Source: Candidatus Bathyarchaeia archaeon | GTDB taxonomy: Archaea; Thermoproteota; Bathyarchaeia; 40CM-2-53-6 | Assembly: GCA_049513715.1 (NCBI GenBank) | Contig: JBEKVV010000003.1 | Location: forward strand, 352,001 to 416,000 | Reading direction: 5' to 3' | Length of the DNA stretch: 64,000 nucleotides | Shown here: positions 28,040-38,378 of the stretch, piece after piece | Layout: every line of letters starts with the position of its first letter | How positions within the stretch are numbered: position 1 is the first letter of the stretch | The notes under the pieces: model-generated | What the model saw: only the letters and a program-made list of their open reading frames with translations | What the model was told of the DNA's origin: nothing | The model's database searches: none | Program-made: the position numbers and the translations under genes

Positions 28040-29377
28040 CTAGGCACCAAATCCTAATTTCGAAGCGATTCTTTCGCTTCGGCGCATAGCTTCCTTGTAC
28101 AAGGATTCCTCGTCGACAGTGAGTATGCGGCCGCCCTCTGCGATTATTCTGCCATGTACAACTGTCATGCGTACGTTTCCTCCGTGGGCGGATAGGGCAA
28201 ATTGCTTAATGGGGTCGATGGCCGGCGCGAGGTTTGTGCTCTTCAAGTCTACGAGAATGAAATCAGCCCACTTTCCTTGTTCCAGTGTGCCACAGTATTT
28301 CTCCAGACCCAGCGCTTTGGCACCGTTTGTCGTTGCCATCTCAAGCAGCTGCCATGATGGAAGCACTGTCGGATCTTTGAGGTACGCTTTCTGTAGCAAG
28401 CCACCGAACCTCATTGCAGAGATCAAGTCCTGATTGTCGCTACTCGCCGAGCCATCGGTTCCTAAGGCGACGACAATTCCTCTCTTCATCAATTCAGGAA
28501 TAGGCGCAACACCGTTACCCAACTTGGCATTGCTGGTGGGGTTGTAGACCACGCAGGCATGCCCTTTCGCTAGCAGTTCTATGTCGGAATCAGTCAACCA
28601 AACGCAATGCGCCGCGACCAGTCTAGGGGTTAGAAACTGCAACTTGTCCAGGAACTCGACCGTGGTGACTCCATATTTCCCCCTCATCCTCGCGACCTCA
28701 TGAGAGGTTTCTTGAATGTGGGTGTGAATTCCAGTACCCATCTTCTCGGCCTCCTCCCAAAGTCTCATGAGGTAGTCCCTGCTGTTCACGAAGATGAGTG
28801 TAGGAGCCATGCGAAAGAGAATCCTGCCCTCAAATCCTCCGTACACTCTGTTCGCATCCCTGGTGTCGTTGAGGACTAGCTCGGCGAAGTCCTGCCCCAG
28901 GTCATCTCTGGCTCCCCGGGCCAGCACGGCGGTAAGGCCAGAATCTTTCACTGCGTCGGCAACCCTGCTTAGAATTTTGTCTTTGCCGTGATGAACAAAC
29001 ATATCATTGAACAACGTAACACCGCCCTTCGCCATTTCAGCGCATGCGAGCAACGAGGAAACGTAAACGTCCTCCGAATCAAGCATCAAACCAGCCGGCC
29101 ACACTAGTTTCTCTAACCATTCCATGAGGGGGAGGTCGTCGACGAAGCCAGCGAGAAGACGCTCGGACAAATGCGTATGGGCATTGACTAGCCCTGGGCA
29201 AACCAGGCAATCAGAGGCATCAATCTCAACATTCGCCCTGTGCTCAGAGAGAATCTGCTTTTTCGGGCCAACAGCAACAATTCGCCCATCCGTTATTGCC
29301 ATCGCGTAGTCGCGAAAAATCTCCCCGGATTGCTCCATGGTAGCGAAGAAGCCGTTTGCGACAATCATGTCCGCCAT
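28040..29377 (-). CDS. MTA/SAH deaminase-like amidohydrolase
   Basis: PGLVNAHTH, DDLPLMEWL..VWP, HIQET, AAHCVW, PTSNAKLGNG, GTDG..S; ATG 29377 preferred over 29419. Confidence 0.88.
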   Translation of the reverse strand: MADMIVANGFFATMEQSGEIFRDYAMAITDGRIVAVGPKKQILSEHRANVEIDASDCLVCPGLVNAHTHLSERLLAGFVDDLPLMEWLEKLVWPAGLMLDSEDVYVSSLLACAEMAKGGVTLFNDMFVHHGKDKILSRVADAVKDSGLTAVLARGARDDLGQDFAELVLNDTRDANRVYGGFEGRILFRMAPTLIFVNSRDYLMRLWEEAEKMGTGIHTHIQETSHEVARMRGKYGVTTVEFLDKLQFLTPRLVAAHCVWLTDSDIELLAKGHACVVYNPTSNAKLGNGVAPIPELMKRGIVVALGTDGSASSDNQDLISAMRFGGLLQKAYLKDPTVLPSWQLLEMATTNGAKALGLEKYCGTLEQGKWADFILVDLKSTNLAPAIDPIKQFALSAHGGNVRMTVVHGRIIAEGGRILTVDEESLYKEAMRRSERIASKLGFGA

Positions 29378-29420
29378 TAGCACACCCCGAACCGCGATTT
29401 GTAAGCCCGACACGTACATC

Positions 29421-29444
29421 GATTGTAAAGCTTAAAATACAATC
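29421..29444. promoter_or_regulatory. Inverted repeat enclosing a minus-strand TATA-like box
   Basis: GATTGTA-aagcttaaaa-TACAATC upstream of the amidohydrolase gene. Confidence 0.3.
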
Positions 29445-29690
29445 CGACTGAGACCCTCTTCAATCAAATTTGGCATCACGTAGTTCAATACTTGGTGACC
29501 CCGATTGCGGCAACAGGGGGCCCTCCAAGAGCCTTCAGCATTGTGATTGATGATATGCTACAAAATCCGCGAGAGTTTGGAGAATATTTCGGTTCCGTTT
29601 GGATTTACTCGAGGCATTGACAAGAATCGGTATTAAGCTGTAACTCGTTAGCACTTTCGCACCTGAACATCTCGTTCAGGGGGATGTAAA

Positions 29691-30947
29691 ATGCCAGACA
29701 TTAAGGAAACTATCGAAACGGCCAACGCGAAAGTTGTCGATATTATCATAAATTCCAAACCTGCGCTTGTAGATGTGAGGCATGCGGTAGACGTTATTCC
29801 AGGCATGAGCAAAACGCTAATTCTGCATTCTGGTCCGCCCGTTCGCTGGGACGAAATGTGTGGGCCTCAGAAGGGTGGAGTCGTCGCGGCCGCAATCTAT
29901 GAAGGCTTGGCGAACAATTGGAAAGAGACTGAAGACCGGGTCCGGTCTGGGGAGATCAAGCTCGGCTCGTGCCATGAGCACGGTTCTGTAGGTTCTATGA
30001 CGGGCATTACCTCGGCTTCGATGTGGGTTCACTGTGTTAAGAACGATGATACAATGGGCTATTGTGCGATTTACGAGGGAAGAGGAAACACAAGCGCCTT
30101 CGGAGGCTACAACAACGAAGTCATCGACCGACTCAGATGGATGGATCGAGTGTTAGGGCCCGCTCTCCATGATGCGATGACAAATGCCGGGGAAATTCTG
30201 TTAACACCCATAATTTCAAAGGCGCTGATAATGGGAGACGAATGCCACAACCGAAACTGGGCCGCCACTCTCCTCTTTGTTGACGCAATAAATCCCTATC
30301 TTGCATCTACAGACCTTTCGAAACTTGAGATCTCGAAGATTCTGGACTTCATCACTAAACCCCATTACAACTATTTCTTGACGCTGTCCATGCCTGCCTG
30401 CAAGTCCGTTCTGGACAAGGCCACGAATGTGCCACATAGCACCATCGTAACAACGATGGCCCGAAATGGATTCGAATTTGGAATCAGGGTGAGTGGATTG
30501 GGCAGTCAATGGTTTACGGCCCCAGCGCCAGTAATTGCTGGCTCCTACTTCCCAGGGTTCAGTGCGAAAGATGCGAACCCCGACATGGGGGACAGTGCGA
30601 TAACAGAAACCGGCGGGCTCGGGGCTTTCGCCCTCGCAGCTGCTCCAGCCCTAACCCAACTCGTCGGGCAGACGGCTGCCGACGCAATTGACTATACGAT
30701 GCAGATGGGAGAGATCACGGCCACTCAAAACCCGAACTACCAAATCCCATACTTGGGATTTCAAGGGACACCAACAGGAATCGACATCCGAAAAGTGATT
30801 CGCACAGGAATCGCGCCCGTAATAGATACTGGCATTGCGCATAAGGAGCCTGGGATTGGGCAGATTGGCGCCGGAATAACGCGAGCCCCGATGGAGGCTT
30901 TTCGCAAGGCCTTCGAGGCATTCGCGAAATTAGAGGGCTTGGCCTGA
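29691..30947 (+). CDS. DUF1116 protein (YlbE/AllG/YahG-like)
   Basis: LHSGPP, MGDECHNRN, RNG..FGIRVSG, DANPDMGDSAITET.G.G, PTGIDIRKV, GQIGAG. Confidence 0.9.
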   Translation: MPDIKETIETANAKVVDIIINSKPALVDVRHAVDVIPGMSKTLILHSGPPVRWDEMCGPQKGGVVAAAIYEGLANNWKETEDRVRSGEIKLGSCHEHGSVGSMTGITSASMWVHCVKNDDTMGYCAIYEGRGNTSAFGGYNNEVIDRLRWMDRVLGPALHDAMTNAGEILLTPIISKALIMGDECHNRNWAATLLFVDAINPYLASTDLSKLEISKILDFITKPHYNYFLTLSMPACKSVLDKATNVPHSTIVTTMARNGFEFGIRVSGLGSQWFTAPAPVIAGSYFPGFSAKDANPDMGDSAITETGGLGAFALAAAPALTQLVGQTAADAIDYTMQMGEITATQNPNYQIPYLGFQGTPTGIDIRKVIRTGIAPVIDTGIAHKEPGIGQIGAGITRAPMEAFRKAFEAFAKLEGLA

Positions 30948-31007
30948 CGAATCCAGCTAGCAAATCCTTTATCATCGAAAAACACTGACAGCCTCGAGTT
31001 CTCAGGC

Positions 31008-31394
31008 ATGAACGACGACAAAGCGCAGAAACTGATCGATAGAATGCGAAGCGAACGCGGCTACTTGCTTCCTGAATGGGCGCTCATGGCTAAACAAGAC
31101 CCAGATTACATGGAAGCTTATGACGAGCTCTACAAGCACACAATGACGAAGGAGAAGCATTTGCCAATTAAGGTCAAGGAATTGGTTGCGATTGTGGGAC
31201 TCTCTGCGCGCGGGGAAGAGGAAGGAATCGAGGCGCACATTAACCGTGCAATTAGACACGGTGCAACCGTAGGTGAAATTGTAGAGGCCCTTCAAGTGGG
31301 TGTTGTGACGACGGGCACACCCACCATGTTTTACGGGCTTAAGGTCTTGCGAAGGATCCTAGAGGCAAAAGAGGAATTGAAGGACCGGGTTTAA
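31008..31394 (+). CDS. Carboxymuconolactone decarboxylase (CMD/AhpD-like) family protein
   Basis: LP.KVKELVAI..H..RA...GAT..EI.EAL; no CxxC. Confidence 0.82.
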   Translation: MNDDKAQKLIDRMRSERGYLLPEWALMAKQDPDYMEAYDELYKHTMTKEKHLPIKVKELVAIVGLSARGEEEGIEAHINRAIRHGATVGEIVEALQVGVVTTGTPTMFYGLKVLRRILEAKEELKDRV

Positions 31395-32778
31395 GGAAAC
31401 GGCCCGACCCGGGCTCTGCGTTGACAACACCTTCTCGGGCGACAATTCGTCCCCTAGAGATTGTGACCAACGGTCTACCGTAGACTCTGTAGCCGTCGTA
31501 GATGATGGCCGCACCTTTGTCTTTGGAGTAGAAATCGTCGACACTGAGTTTGCTTTCGCGGCCGTATTCAACTATGACAAGATCCGCGTCCGAGCCTACT
31601 TGGATTGTTCCCTTCCCTGGAAATAGACCGTAAAGCTTTGCGGGGTTCAGGGCCATCAGTGAGACCAGTTTCTGGAGCGATAGTCTCCCGTTCTTCACAT
31701 GTGTTAGCATGACAGGTAACATGGCTTGGATGCCTGTCACCCCCGCTTGTGCCAGGAAGACATCCTTGCGGCCCCTCTCCTTGTGCTCTTTATCGAACGG
31801 GGCATGGTCGGACCCGATGATTTGAATCTCTCCTTCAGCTACAGCCCGCCACAAAGCCTTCTGGTCGGCTTTCTCGCGTATGGGAGGGCTCACTTTGCCA
31901 TATGGGCCTAGCCTGGCGGCTTCTTCGATAGTGAACGTTAGGTAGTGAGGACATGTCTCCGCCGTTGCGAAGTAATTGATTCCCCTCAGCATCTTGATCA
32001 CCTCGACAACCTCTTTGGCGGAAACGTGGACGATGTGCATTCGGGCGCCTGCAGCCCGCGCAATGTAACCACTCCTCAAAGTGGCTTCGCCTTCAGCGAT
32101 TCCCGGTTTCGATTCGAGGTACGCCTTCAAGTCCCGACCACCCTTCGCCTTGACTTTCTTTGCAAAGTATTCTATCATCTCACCGTTCTCTGCATGTACC
32201 GCCCAGGGGCGGTTCGTTTTCGCCACAGCTGCCAACACGTCGAAGAAAGAACCGTCGTCCGTGGGGTAGATGCCCATCATGTCTTTTTCTCGGCCGGGAT
32301 AAATCATTGTGAAAGTCTTGTAAGCGGCGGCGCCAAGAGTGGCGAGTTTCTCAATTTCCTGAATATTATGTGTGCCCGCGCCGGCGTACAACGCGAAATC
32401 AACTACACTCTTCTTGTTTGCCGCCGCCAACTTAGCTTGAAAACCCTCGACTGTGGAGGTGGGAGGTATTGTGGTGGGCATTTCTATGCATGTGGTTAGC
32501 CCGCCTGCGGCGGCGCTTTTGGTACCGCTTTCGAAATCTTCAAAACTCGACCTTTCAAGGTCGCGAAAATGTGAATGCGCGTCTATGCATCCTGGAAGCA
32601 CCAAGTTGCCTTTGGCGTCGATGACTTCTCCAGCCGACGGTGCTGAGGCATTTTTCGTTATGGATTGGATCTGGCCGTTTCGAATTCCTATCGCGCCGTC
32701 GTATGAGCCTTCGGCTGTGATTATTCGCGCATTCTTGACAAGTAGGTCTACTTGATTCAAATTGAATCGCAGCAGCAA
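31339..32778 (-). CDS. Allantoinase/dihydroorotase-family amidohydrolase
   Basis: PGCIDAHSHFR, AAAGG.TT..EMP, AYK, HAEN, ETCPHYL, SPPIR, GSDHAP; 3' end overlaps the CMD gene convergently. Confidence 0.9.
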   Translation of the reverse strand: MLLRFNLNQVDLLVKNARIITAEGSYDGAIGIRNGQIQSITKNASAPSAGEVIDAKGNLVLPGCIDAHSHFRDLERSSFEDFESGTKSAAAGGLTTCIEMPTTIPPTSTVEGFQAKLAAANKKSVVDFALYAGAGTHNIQEIEKLATLGAAAYKTFTMIYPGREKDMMGIYPTDDGSFFDVLAAVAKTNRPWAVHAENGEMIEYFAKKVKAKGGRDLKAYLESKPGIAEGEATLRSGYIARAAGARMHIVHVSAKEVVEVIKMLRGINYFATAETCPHYLTFTIEEAARLGPYGKVSPPIREKADQKALWRAVAEGEIQIIGSDHAPFDKEHKERGRKDVFLAQAGVTGIQAMLPVMLTHVKNGRLSLQKLVSLMALNPAKLYGLFPGKGTIQVGSDADLVIVEYGRESKLSVDDFYSKDKGAAIIYDGYRVYGRPLVTISRGRIVAREGVVNAEPGSGRFLKPGPSIPLLPLGSFARP

Positions 32779-32928
32779 ACAATAAAGCTCGATAAATGCG
32801 TTTAGGTGTAATCCGTTCGATTATTCGAAATCCTTTCTCAACGGAGGAAACGTCCCATCCAAACGTGTTGGACTCGCAACGAAAACCGTTTCGAGATAAG
32901 TAATTTCCAATTTGCTTCTTGAGTGAGG

Positions 32929-33339
32929 TCAATCCCACCGCGGTACGTAGATGTGGTCAGCGATTATCTTGAGGATGACTCGTTTTTCGCCTGGCTCCCG
33001 GTGTTGCTCCGGGTACTTTTCTACATCCATGTATTTCTTTGCCAGCTTGTCGGCATGGTCTTCAGCTAGCCGGCCCGCGATTTGCGCGATTACTCGCCCC
33101 TGCAGGGCCACAAACCTGTATGGATTAATTTGGTCGATCACGAAGACGGCGACGCGTGGGTCTCTTGTGGTGTTCTTCTGCTTCACCCGACCGATAGCCG
33201 TGTTAATGAGCACATATTCTCCGTCAGTGTCGACCCAGGTTGGTGTTACTTGCGGAGACCCGTCCGGATTGATTGTGGCGAGAGATGCGATGTTCTTACC
33301 TTCCATTAGCTTGAGGGCGGTCGCATCCAGTTTTGTCAT
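32929..33339 (-). CDS. PPOX-class (probable F420/FMN-dependent) oxidoreductase
   Basis: LATINPDGSPQVTPTWVD, GRVKQKN..RDPRVA, LAKKY..YP..E.RVI.KI. Confidence 0.88.
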   Translation of the reverse strand: MTKLDATALKLMEGKNIASLATINPDGSPQVTPTWVDTDGEYVLINTAIGRVKQKNTTRDPRVAVFVIDQINPYRFVALQGRVIAQIAGRLAEDHADKLAKKYMDVEKYPEQHREPGEKRVILKIIADHIYVPRWD

Positions 33340-33446
33340 GACGCATCAATTTGGGAAATCCCATCCTATCCCCATATATGGGATACCTACCGGTGCCCAT
33401 TGTTGAGGGTCGAGGCCCAAATTCTCGTATCCAAGCCCGATTGCGA

Positions 33447-33974
33447 TCAGGAATAAATCGGTATTTCGTTGCCGTTCAGCACAAGCTGTCGTTGAAGTGG
33501 AGGTGGGTGGCGAAGCGTGTTGTAGGCTGGACAACCATCTTCAACGGCCTTCAGCCATTCGCGAATTCGCTCGGGTGACTCAGGTGACTGGATTCGAATC
33601 TCGTATTTTATGTCCTGCATTGCAGCGGAGACTCCCGGGAATCCATAGCAGCCCCTCTCATTGACGAGCCCACGAACCGATATCTCAACACTGTCCAGTT
33701 GGAGGTTCATGAGCGCTGCATGGGCCGCGCCGATGGAAAGCTGACAGAACGCAAATCCCGCAAGAAAGTACTCGAGCGGTGCTGGTCCCTCTCCTCGCCC
33801 ACCGCGTTCATCCGGCTCATCGCTTACGAAAACGAAAGGCCCCGCTTGCGCTTCACATCTGAAGCGCTGAACCAAACGCACCACACGAACACGATTAGGA
33901 TTTAGGCCATACTGCGGCTCAGATTTGAGTCGTCCAATCATGTGCTCTATTTCGGTTTTTGTCGGAAGGTGCAT
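33447..33974 (-). CDS. OsmC/Ohr-family protein
   Basis: SDEP...GG.GEGPAPLEY.LAG.AFC and CP.YNTL (two conserved Cys). Confidence 0.85.
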   Translation of the reverse strand: MHLPTKTEIEHMIGRLKSEPQYGLNPNRVRVVRLVQRFRCEAQAGPFVFVSDEPDERGGRGEGPAPLEYFLAGFAFCQLSIGAAHAALMNLQLDSVEISVRGLVNERGCYGFPGVSAAMQDIKYEIRIQSPESPERIREWLKAVEDGCPAYNTLRHPPPLQRQLVLNGNEIPIYS

Positions 33975-34215
33975 GTTCTGCCGTCCGCGTTGCGTAGCCC
34001 GGTTCTACAATATATTTGTGGGTTTTCTTGTGTGGAACTATACAGATGCACGATCTAAGGCAGACATGCAACGGAAAAATCCATCAGGTCGCATTTCTGA
34101 ATGAGGTATTGAGGCTCACCATGAGTTTCAGCAGTGCTTGCAGAAGTGGGAGGGTAATGGCCTTTGCTAATCCTAGTGCCTCCACAGATTCTCAAGACGC
34201 TCAGTGTTCGCATTT

Positions 34216-34450
34216 TCATTCATGATTGTTCTTACAGCTCGCCCGTCGTGTTGGCCGAGCTTTTTTCTGATTTTGGGTCAGATAGCACAAGTCAAAATTA
34301 CTACACGCGGTAGCATTCAAACAGACCCCAAGAACCTCTCGTGACCTTTTACCCTGCTTTTTTCGTGACCATACTTTCGTCAGAATAACGGTTAGCAGCA
34401 GTGTCCCAGCCACTGAGATTGCTAACGCTCCATATGGAATCGACGTTGGG
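34216..34450 (-). pseudogene. 3' remnant of a membrane-anchored surface protein
   Basis: Encodes only a TM helix and basic tail (IPYGALAISVAGTLLLTVILTKVW-SRKKQGKR), like the C-terminal anchor of 34770-35633. Confidence 0.4.
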
Positions 34451-34753
34451 CCAGCCATGTACTTTGCCAAGATTGAATATGCCCTTGACTACCTGGGCGC
34501 CAAAGAATGGTGGGCCACATTCGAAAGCTACATCGGGCTAAGAATCATGGGAACCGAATGGGCTCCCAAACAGAAACCGTTCCCCGACATGCAACATGAA
34601 CTCGGCGGCTCACGCATCTTCTACACAACCAAAGAAGACTGGGAAAACTTCACGAAAAAGAAGTACGCCCGCTACATCGGTGAGAGACCCCCACCAAAAG
34701 AACTGCTAGCCAAATCGCAGAAATTCAAGATTCCAGAAAAAGCAGACGTCTAA
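34436..34753 (+). pseudogene. C-terminal fragment of GNAT-like N-acyltransferase (paralog of 57843-58565)
   Basis: MYFAKIEYA..LG..EWWAT.ESY.G.R..QKP.P..QHELGG.R.F..TK..W..GERP.P..LL matches the last ~100 aa of the intact copy; N-terminal ~140 aa absent. Confidence 0.75.
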
Positions 34754-34769
34754 CCCAACGACTATCAAA

Positions 34770-35633
34770 TTACGCAGGCCGCTCATGAACACGCCCCCGT
34801 CGCAGAACCACAATCACCGCAATTGCCCCCAACACAACAATAGCGAAAGCGCTGTAAAGTTGCCACGGAGCAACTCCCCCCAAGATCGTGATTGAATCCA
34901 CATTCAGCACCTCCACTTCAGAGTATGCGGGAAGGCTGACATCATTTCCCTCCCAGATGGCTCGGATATGCCATTGCCCCGGCATGTCAGGCGAGAATCT
35001 GCCTTCATAGTACCCTCCAGGGTACGGTCCGCCGGTCGCGTTGAGGGCTACGTGCATCATTATGGATGTGTTGTCAGGACGAATTAGGGCCACAACCACA
35101 TGGTCTTGGAGGCATGGGATGCAAGCAAACAAGAGGCCGTTGAATTCAACTTCTCGCCCATGGCTGGCTTGATTCGTGGATAGGTAGAGTGAGAGGCTCG
35201 GCTGGATCACAACGGTGAATGTCTTTGTGGATGAAGTTGCTTGGTAACCTAGTTGGCTTGAAAATGAAGCATTAACGACCCATGGACCTATTCGTAGAAG
35301 ATAGGTTGTATTCACGATATCTTGAAAGAGACCGCTAGGATTCGACGTAATCATAGACACTTCACGAGTTGCGTTTGTGTCTCCCACCCTATTGTACTGC
35401 AAGCTGACTGACAGAAGAGGTATCGGACGATCATCCGATGTGGATGAAAGTCGTCCATTAACAATCAGGAGATCCCCTCGGAGAGGCCTGTCGTTACTGA
35501 AGGATAGTTCTATCTTCGCGCCTTGAGGCGAGGATGAAACAGCAGATGGCGACCATGACCAGAATACGAGAATCATCAGAGACGCGAATAGGAAAACTTT
35601 GGCGAATTTCACGTACGAATTCCCTAGCTCCAC
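34770..35633 (-). CDS. Secreted, C-terminally membrane-anchored protein with two Ig-like beta domains
   Basis: N-terminal signal peptide, two beta-rich repeats (V.G.L..V.....G.W.V.A.F/W.G), C-terminal TM followed by RRGR. Confidence 0.7.
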   Translation of the reverse strand: MELGNSYVKFAKVFLFASLMILVFWSWSPSAVSSSPQGAKIELSFSNDRPLRGDLLIVNGRLSSTSDDRPIPLLSVSLQYNRVGDTNATREVSMITSNPSGLFQDIVNTTYLLRIGPWVVNASFSSQLGYQATSSTKTFTVVIQPSLSLYLSTNQASHGREVEFNGLLFACIPCLQDHVVVALIRPDNTSIMMHVALNATGGPYPGGYYEGRFSPDMPGQWHIRAIWEGNDVSLPAYSEVEVLNVDSITILGGVAPWQLYSAFAIVVLGAIAVIVVLRRGRVHERPA

Positions 35634-35810
35634 TCCGACCCTCTCCCTTTCTGCTCCTATTTACTTTGCGACCATCGAACCGCTAATATACGTTGCCGGC
35701 TGCCAAATAGAGATTAAAGCACATAGAGTAATTTCCGCAAGTATGATCATTTCAGACGTGCCACAACACTCTTTAGCCCAATCATTGTGTGCAAGATAGT
35801 AGAACCCTGG

Positions 35811-37349
35811 ATGACGAATCCAAACACAACGCCCGAAAACGCACTCGTAGCTGAGGGCATAACGAAACGATTCGGCTCACTCGCAGCAAACGACAACGTC
35901 AATTTTACTGTAAAGCGCGGGGAGGTCCACGCTCTCCTAGGAGAGAATGGAGCAGGCAAAACTACTCTCTGCAACATGCTCTACGGCCTCTTGCGGCCTG
36001 ACTCAGGACGAATCCTGGTCGATGGAAAAGAGACACGCTTTCACTCGCCCCGCGATGCAATGAACGCGAAGATCGCTATGGTTCACCAGGAATTCATGCT
36101 CCTCAATCCAATGACTGTTGTCGAGAACGTTGCGGTAATGCAGAACGAAGGCTGGAGACATCCCCTCATAAAACGCGAAAGCTTGGAAAGCGAGATCGCC
36201 GAAGTCGCGAAACGAAATGGATTGGCCGTGGACCCGAATGCTACGATTCGCGAACTATCGGCTGGGCAGAGGCAGTCGGTGGAGATTGTGAAGGCCCTCT
36301 TCAAGGGCGCAAACATACTGATTCTCGACGAACCCACTTCCGTTCTCTCGCCCTTAGAAACCCGTGAACTTTTCTCTGCTTTGCGTCAAATGGCAAAAGC
36401 GGGGAAGTCTATCGTATTTGTCTCACACAAGATCGATGAGATACTTGCTGTCACTGACAACGTGACAGTCCTGAAACAGGGCAAAGTTGTAGCCACTGAA
36501 AGCACGAAGAAAGTGACGGGACCAGAACTGGCAAAGATGATAGTCGGCCGTGAGGTCCTATTTCGAACCCAGAAGCTAAGCGCCCAGATAACCAGCCCGT
36601 TCCTCGAACTAAATGACATAGATGCAGTTAACAACTTGGGACTCAACGCCCTAGAACAAGTCTCGATTTCCGTCAAGGGCGGAGAGATTCTTGGTATTGC
36701 GGGTATTGCTGGGAATGGTCAAAGGGAACTTGTCGAGGTTGCGACGGGTATCCGGAAACCTACTGCTGGGAAGATTTCTGTTATGGGTAAGGATGTGACG
36801 GGATGGGTTCCTGATGAGATTAGAGAACTAGGCCTAGCCCACATCCCTGAGGACCAGAAAGCAGGTTTGGTATTCGACTTCTCATTATCTGACAATTTGA
36901 TGATTGAACCACATGTGGCACGAATGTTTACAAAGGCTGGATTGCTCGATCGGCGGTCCATCGGCGCTGAACTGACCAAACTCATGTCGGAATATGACGT
37001 TCGCGCTCAGTCGCAAGCAGTTCCCATATGGACACTCTCAGGGGGAAATAAGCAGAAGTTCCTACTGTCAAGGGAACTCTTCTGGAACCCGAAAGTCATC
37101 ATTGCCCATAATCCCACGAAGGGCTTGGATGTAGCTGCCACTGAGTATACACGCAAAATCTTGATGAGAGAGAAGGAGAAAGGAAGGGCGATTCTGCTCA
37201 TATCCACTGAACTTGATGAACTCTTGGACATGAGCGACCGGATCGCGGTCATGTGCAATGGCAGGATTTCTGGAACCTTTCCGATCAATGCCGTCAAGAT
37301 TGAAGAGATAGCTATACTGATGACACAAAGTAAGTCTCATTCATCATAG
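35811..37349 (+). CDS. Nucleoside ABC transporter ATPase
   Basis: GENGAGKT, LILDEPT, LSGGNKQK, STELDE; convergent on its permeases. Confidence 0.93.
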   Translation: MTNPNTTPENALVAEGITKRFGSLAANDNVNFTVKRGEVHALLGENGAGKTTLCNMLYGLLRPDSGRILVDGKETRFHSPRDAMNAKIAMVHQEFMLLNPMTVVENVAVMQNEGWRHPLIKRESLESEIAEVAKRNGLAVDPNATIRELSAGQRQSVEIVKALFKGANILILDEPTSVLSPLETRELFSALRQMAKAGKSIVFVSHKIDEILAVTDNVTVLKQGKVVATESTKKVTGPELAKMIVGREVLFRTQKLSAQITSPFLELNDIDAVNNLGLNALEQVSISVKGGEILGIAGIAGNGQRELVEVATGIRKPTAGKISVMGKDVTGWVPDEIRELGLAHIPEDQKAGLVFDFSLSDNLMIEPHVARMFTKAGLLDRRSIGAELTKLMSEYDVRAQSQAVPIWTLSGGNKQKFLLSRELFWNPKVIIAHNPTKGLDVAATEYTRKILMREKEKGRAILLISTELDELLDMSDRIAVMCNGRISGTFPINAVKIEEIAILMTQSKSHSS

Positions 37350-37366
37350 AAAGAGACAGGCTGCCC

Positions 37367-38371
37367 CTATCCGCCTTTCTTGTAGGGCTCCATTAGAGCA
37401 GCGGGAGCCACCGCTCCTCTTCCCAGAATTGGAATCAAAGCAACAATCGTGATGTAGGGAAGCATGTTCAGAAAGAAGTACTTGACCGGAATCCCCGCGC
37501 CCTGCAAACCGAGCTGCAAGGAATCAACGAAACTGAAAATGATCAACGGTAAGAGCACTCGGTAAGGCTTCCACTTACCGAAGTAGATGAGTGCAAGTGC
37601 GATGAATCCGCGACTGAAAGTGACGTTTAGGATGAAAGTGCCTAGGAGGGTGGTTGTGTAGTATGCGCCGCCTGCGCCGGCAAATGCGGCGCCTATGAGC
37701 ACCGCGATGTATCGAATCTTGTAGACATCGACACCCATCGTTTCAGCTGCCCGCGGATTTTCACCTACAGCTCTAATCTTCACCCCAAGATTAGTTCTAT
37801 TCAGGAAGAAGTCGACAACAGGTATGAGCGCGATCGAAACGTAGACGATAGGGTTCTGTTGAAAGATGAATCTCCCAACCAAAGGCAGTGTTGAGAGAAC
37901 GGGAATATGCATGTCTCCGATTATTGGAATGGTGGCCGTAGCTCCTGAAGTGAAGAACGCCCGGTTCAGTGTGTCGGATAACCCTAACCCAAAAAGCCAG
38001 AGGCCGAGCCCGATTACAACCTGGTTGGTACGTAGGCTAACCGCGAAGAAGGCGAAAACGAGACCTAGAACGACTGTGAATCCCATTGCTGCAATCACCC
38101 CTATGAGAGGATTCCCAGTGAGGAAGGTTACAGCAAAGGCCATGAAAGCACCCATTAACATGAGGCCCTCCACTCCCAAGTTCAGAACACCAGATTTTTC
38201 CGCGATCAGCTCGCCTAGACAGGCTAACAAGAGTGCAGGAACCAACTTGAGAGTCTGGTAAAGAACTGCTTCCAGGAACAACATTCCAAACAGCTGGTAG
38301 ACCACAGCCATTCCCACTATGGCTATGACCGCTGCCAGAGCCAACGTTCTGATCGAATTTTTTCCTAGCAA
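37367..38371 (-). CDS. Nucleoside ABC transporter permease
   Basis: EKSGVLNLGVEG, RAVGENP.AA..MGV, GFIALALIYFGKWKP. Confidence 0.9.
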   Translation of the reverse strand: MLGKNSIRTLALAAVIAIVGMAVVYQLFGMLFLEAVLYQTLKLVPALLLACLGELIAEKSGVLNLGVEGLMLMGAFMAFAVTFLTGNPLIGVIAAMGFTVVLGLVFAFFAVSLRTNQVVIGLGLWLFGLGLSDTLNRAFFTSGATATIPIIGDMHIPVLSTLPLVGRFIFQQNPIVYVSIALIPVVDFFLNRTNLGVKIRAVGENPRAAETMGVDVYKIRYIAVLIGAAFAGAGGAYYTTTLLGTFILNVTFSRGFIALALIYFGKWKPYRVLLPLIIFSFVDSLQLGLQGAGIPVKYFFLNMLPYITIVALIPILGRGAVAPAALMEPYKKGG

Positions 38372-38378
38372 GGAGAAT

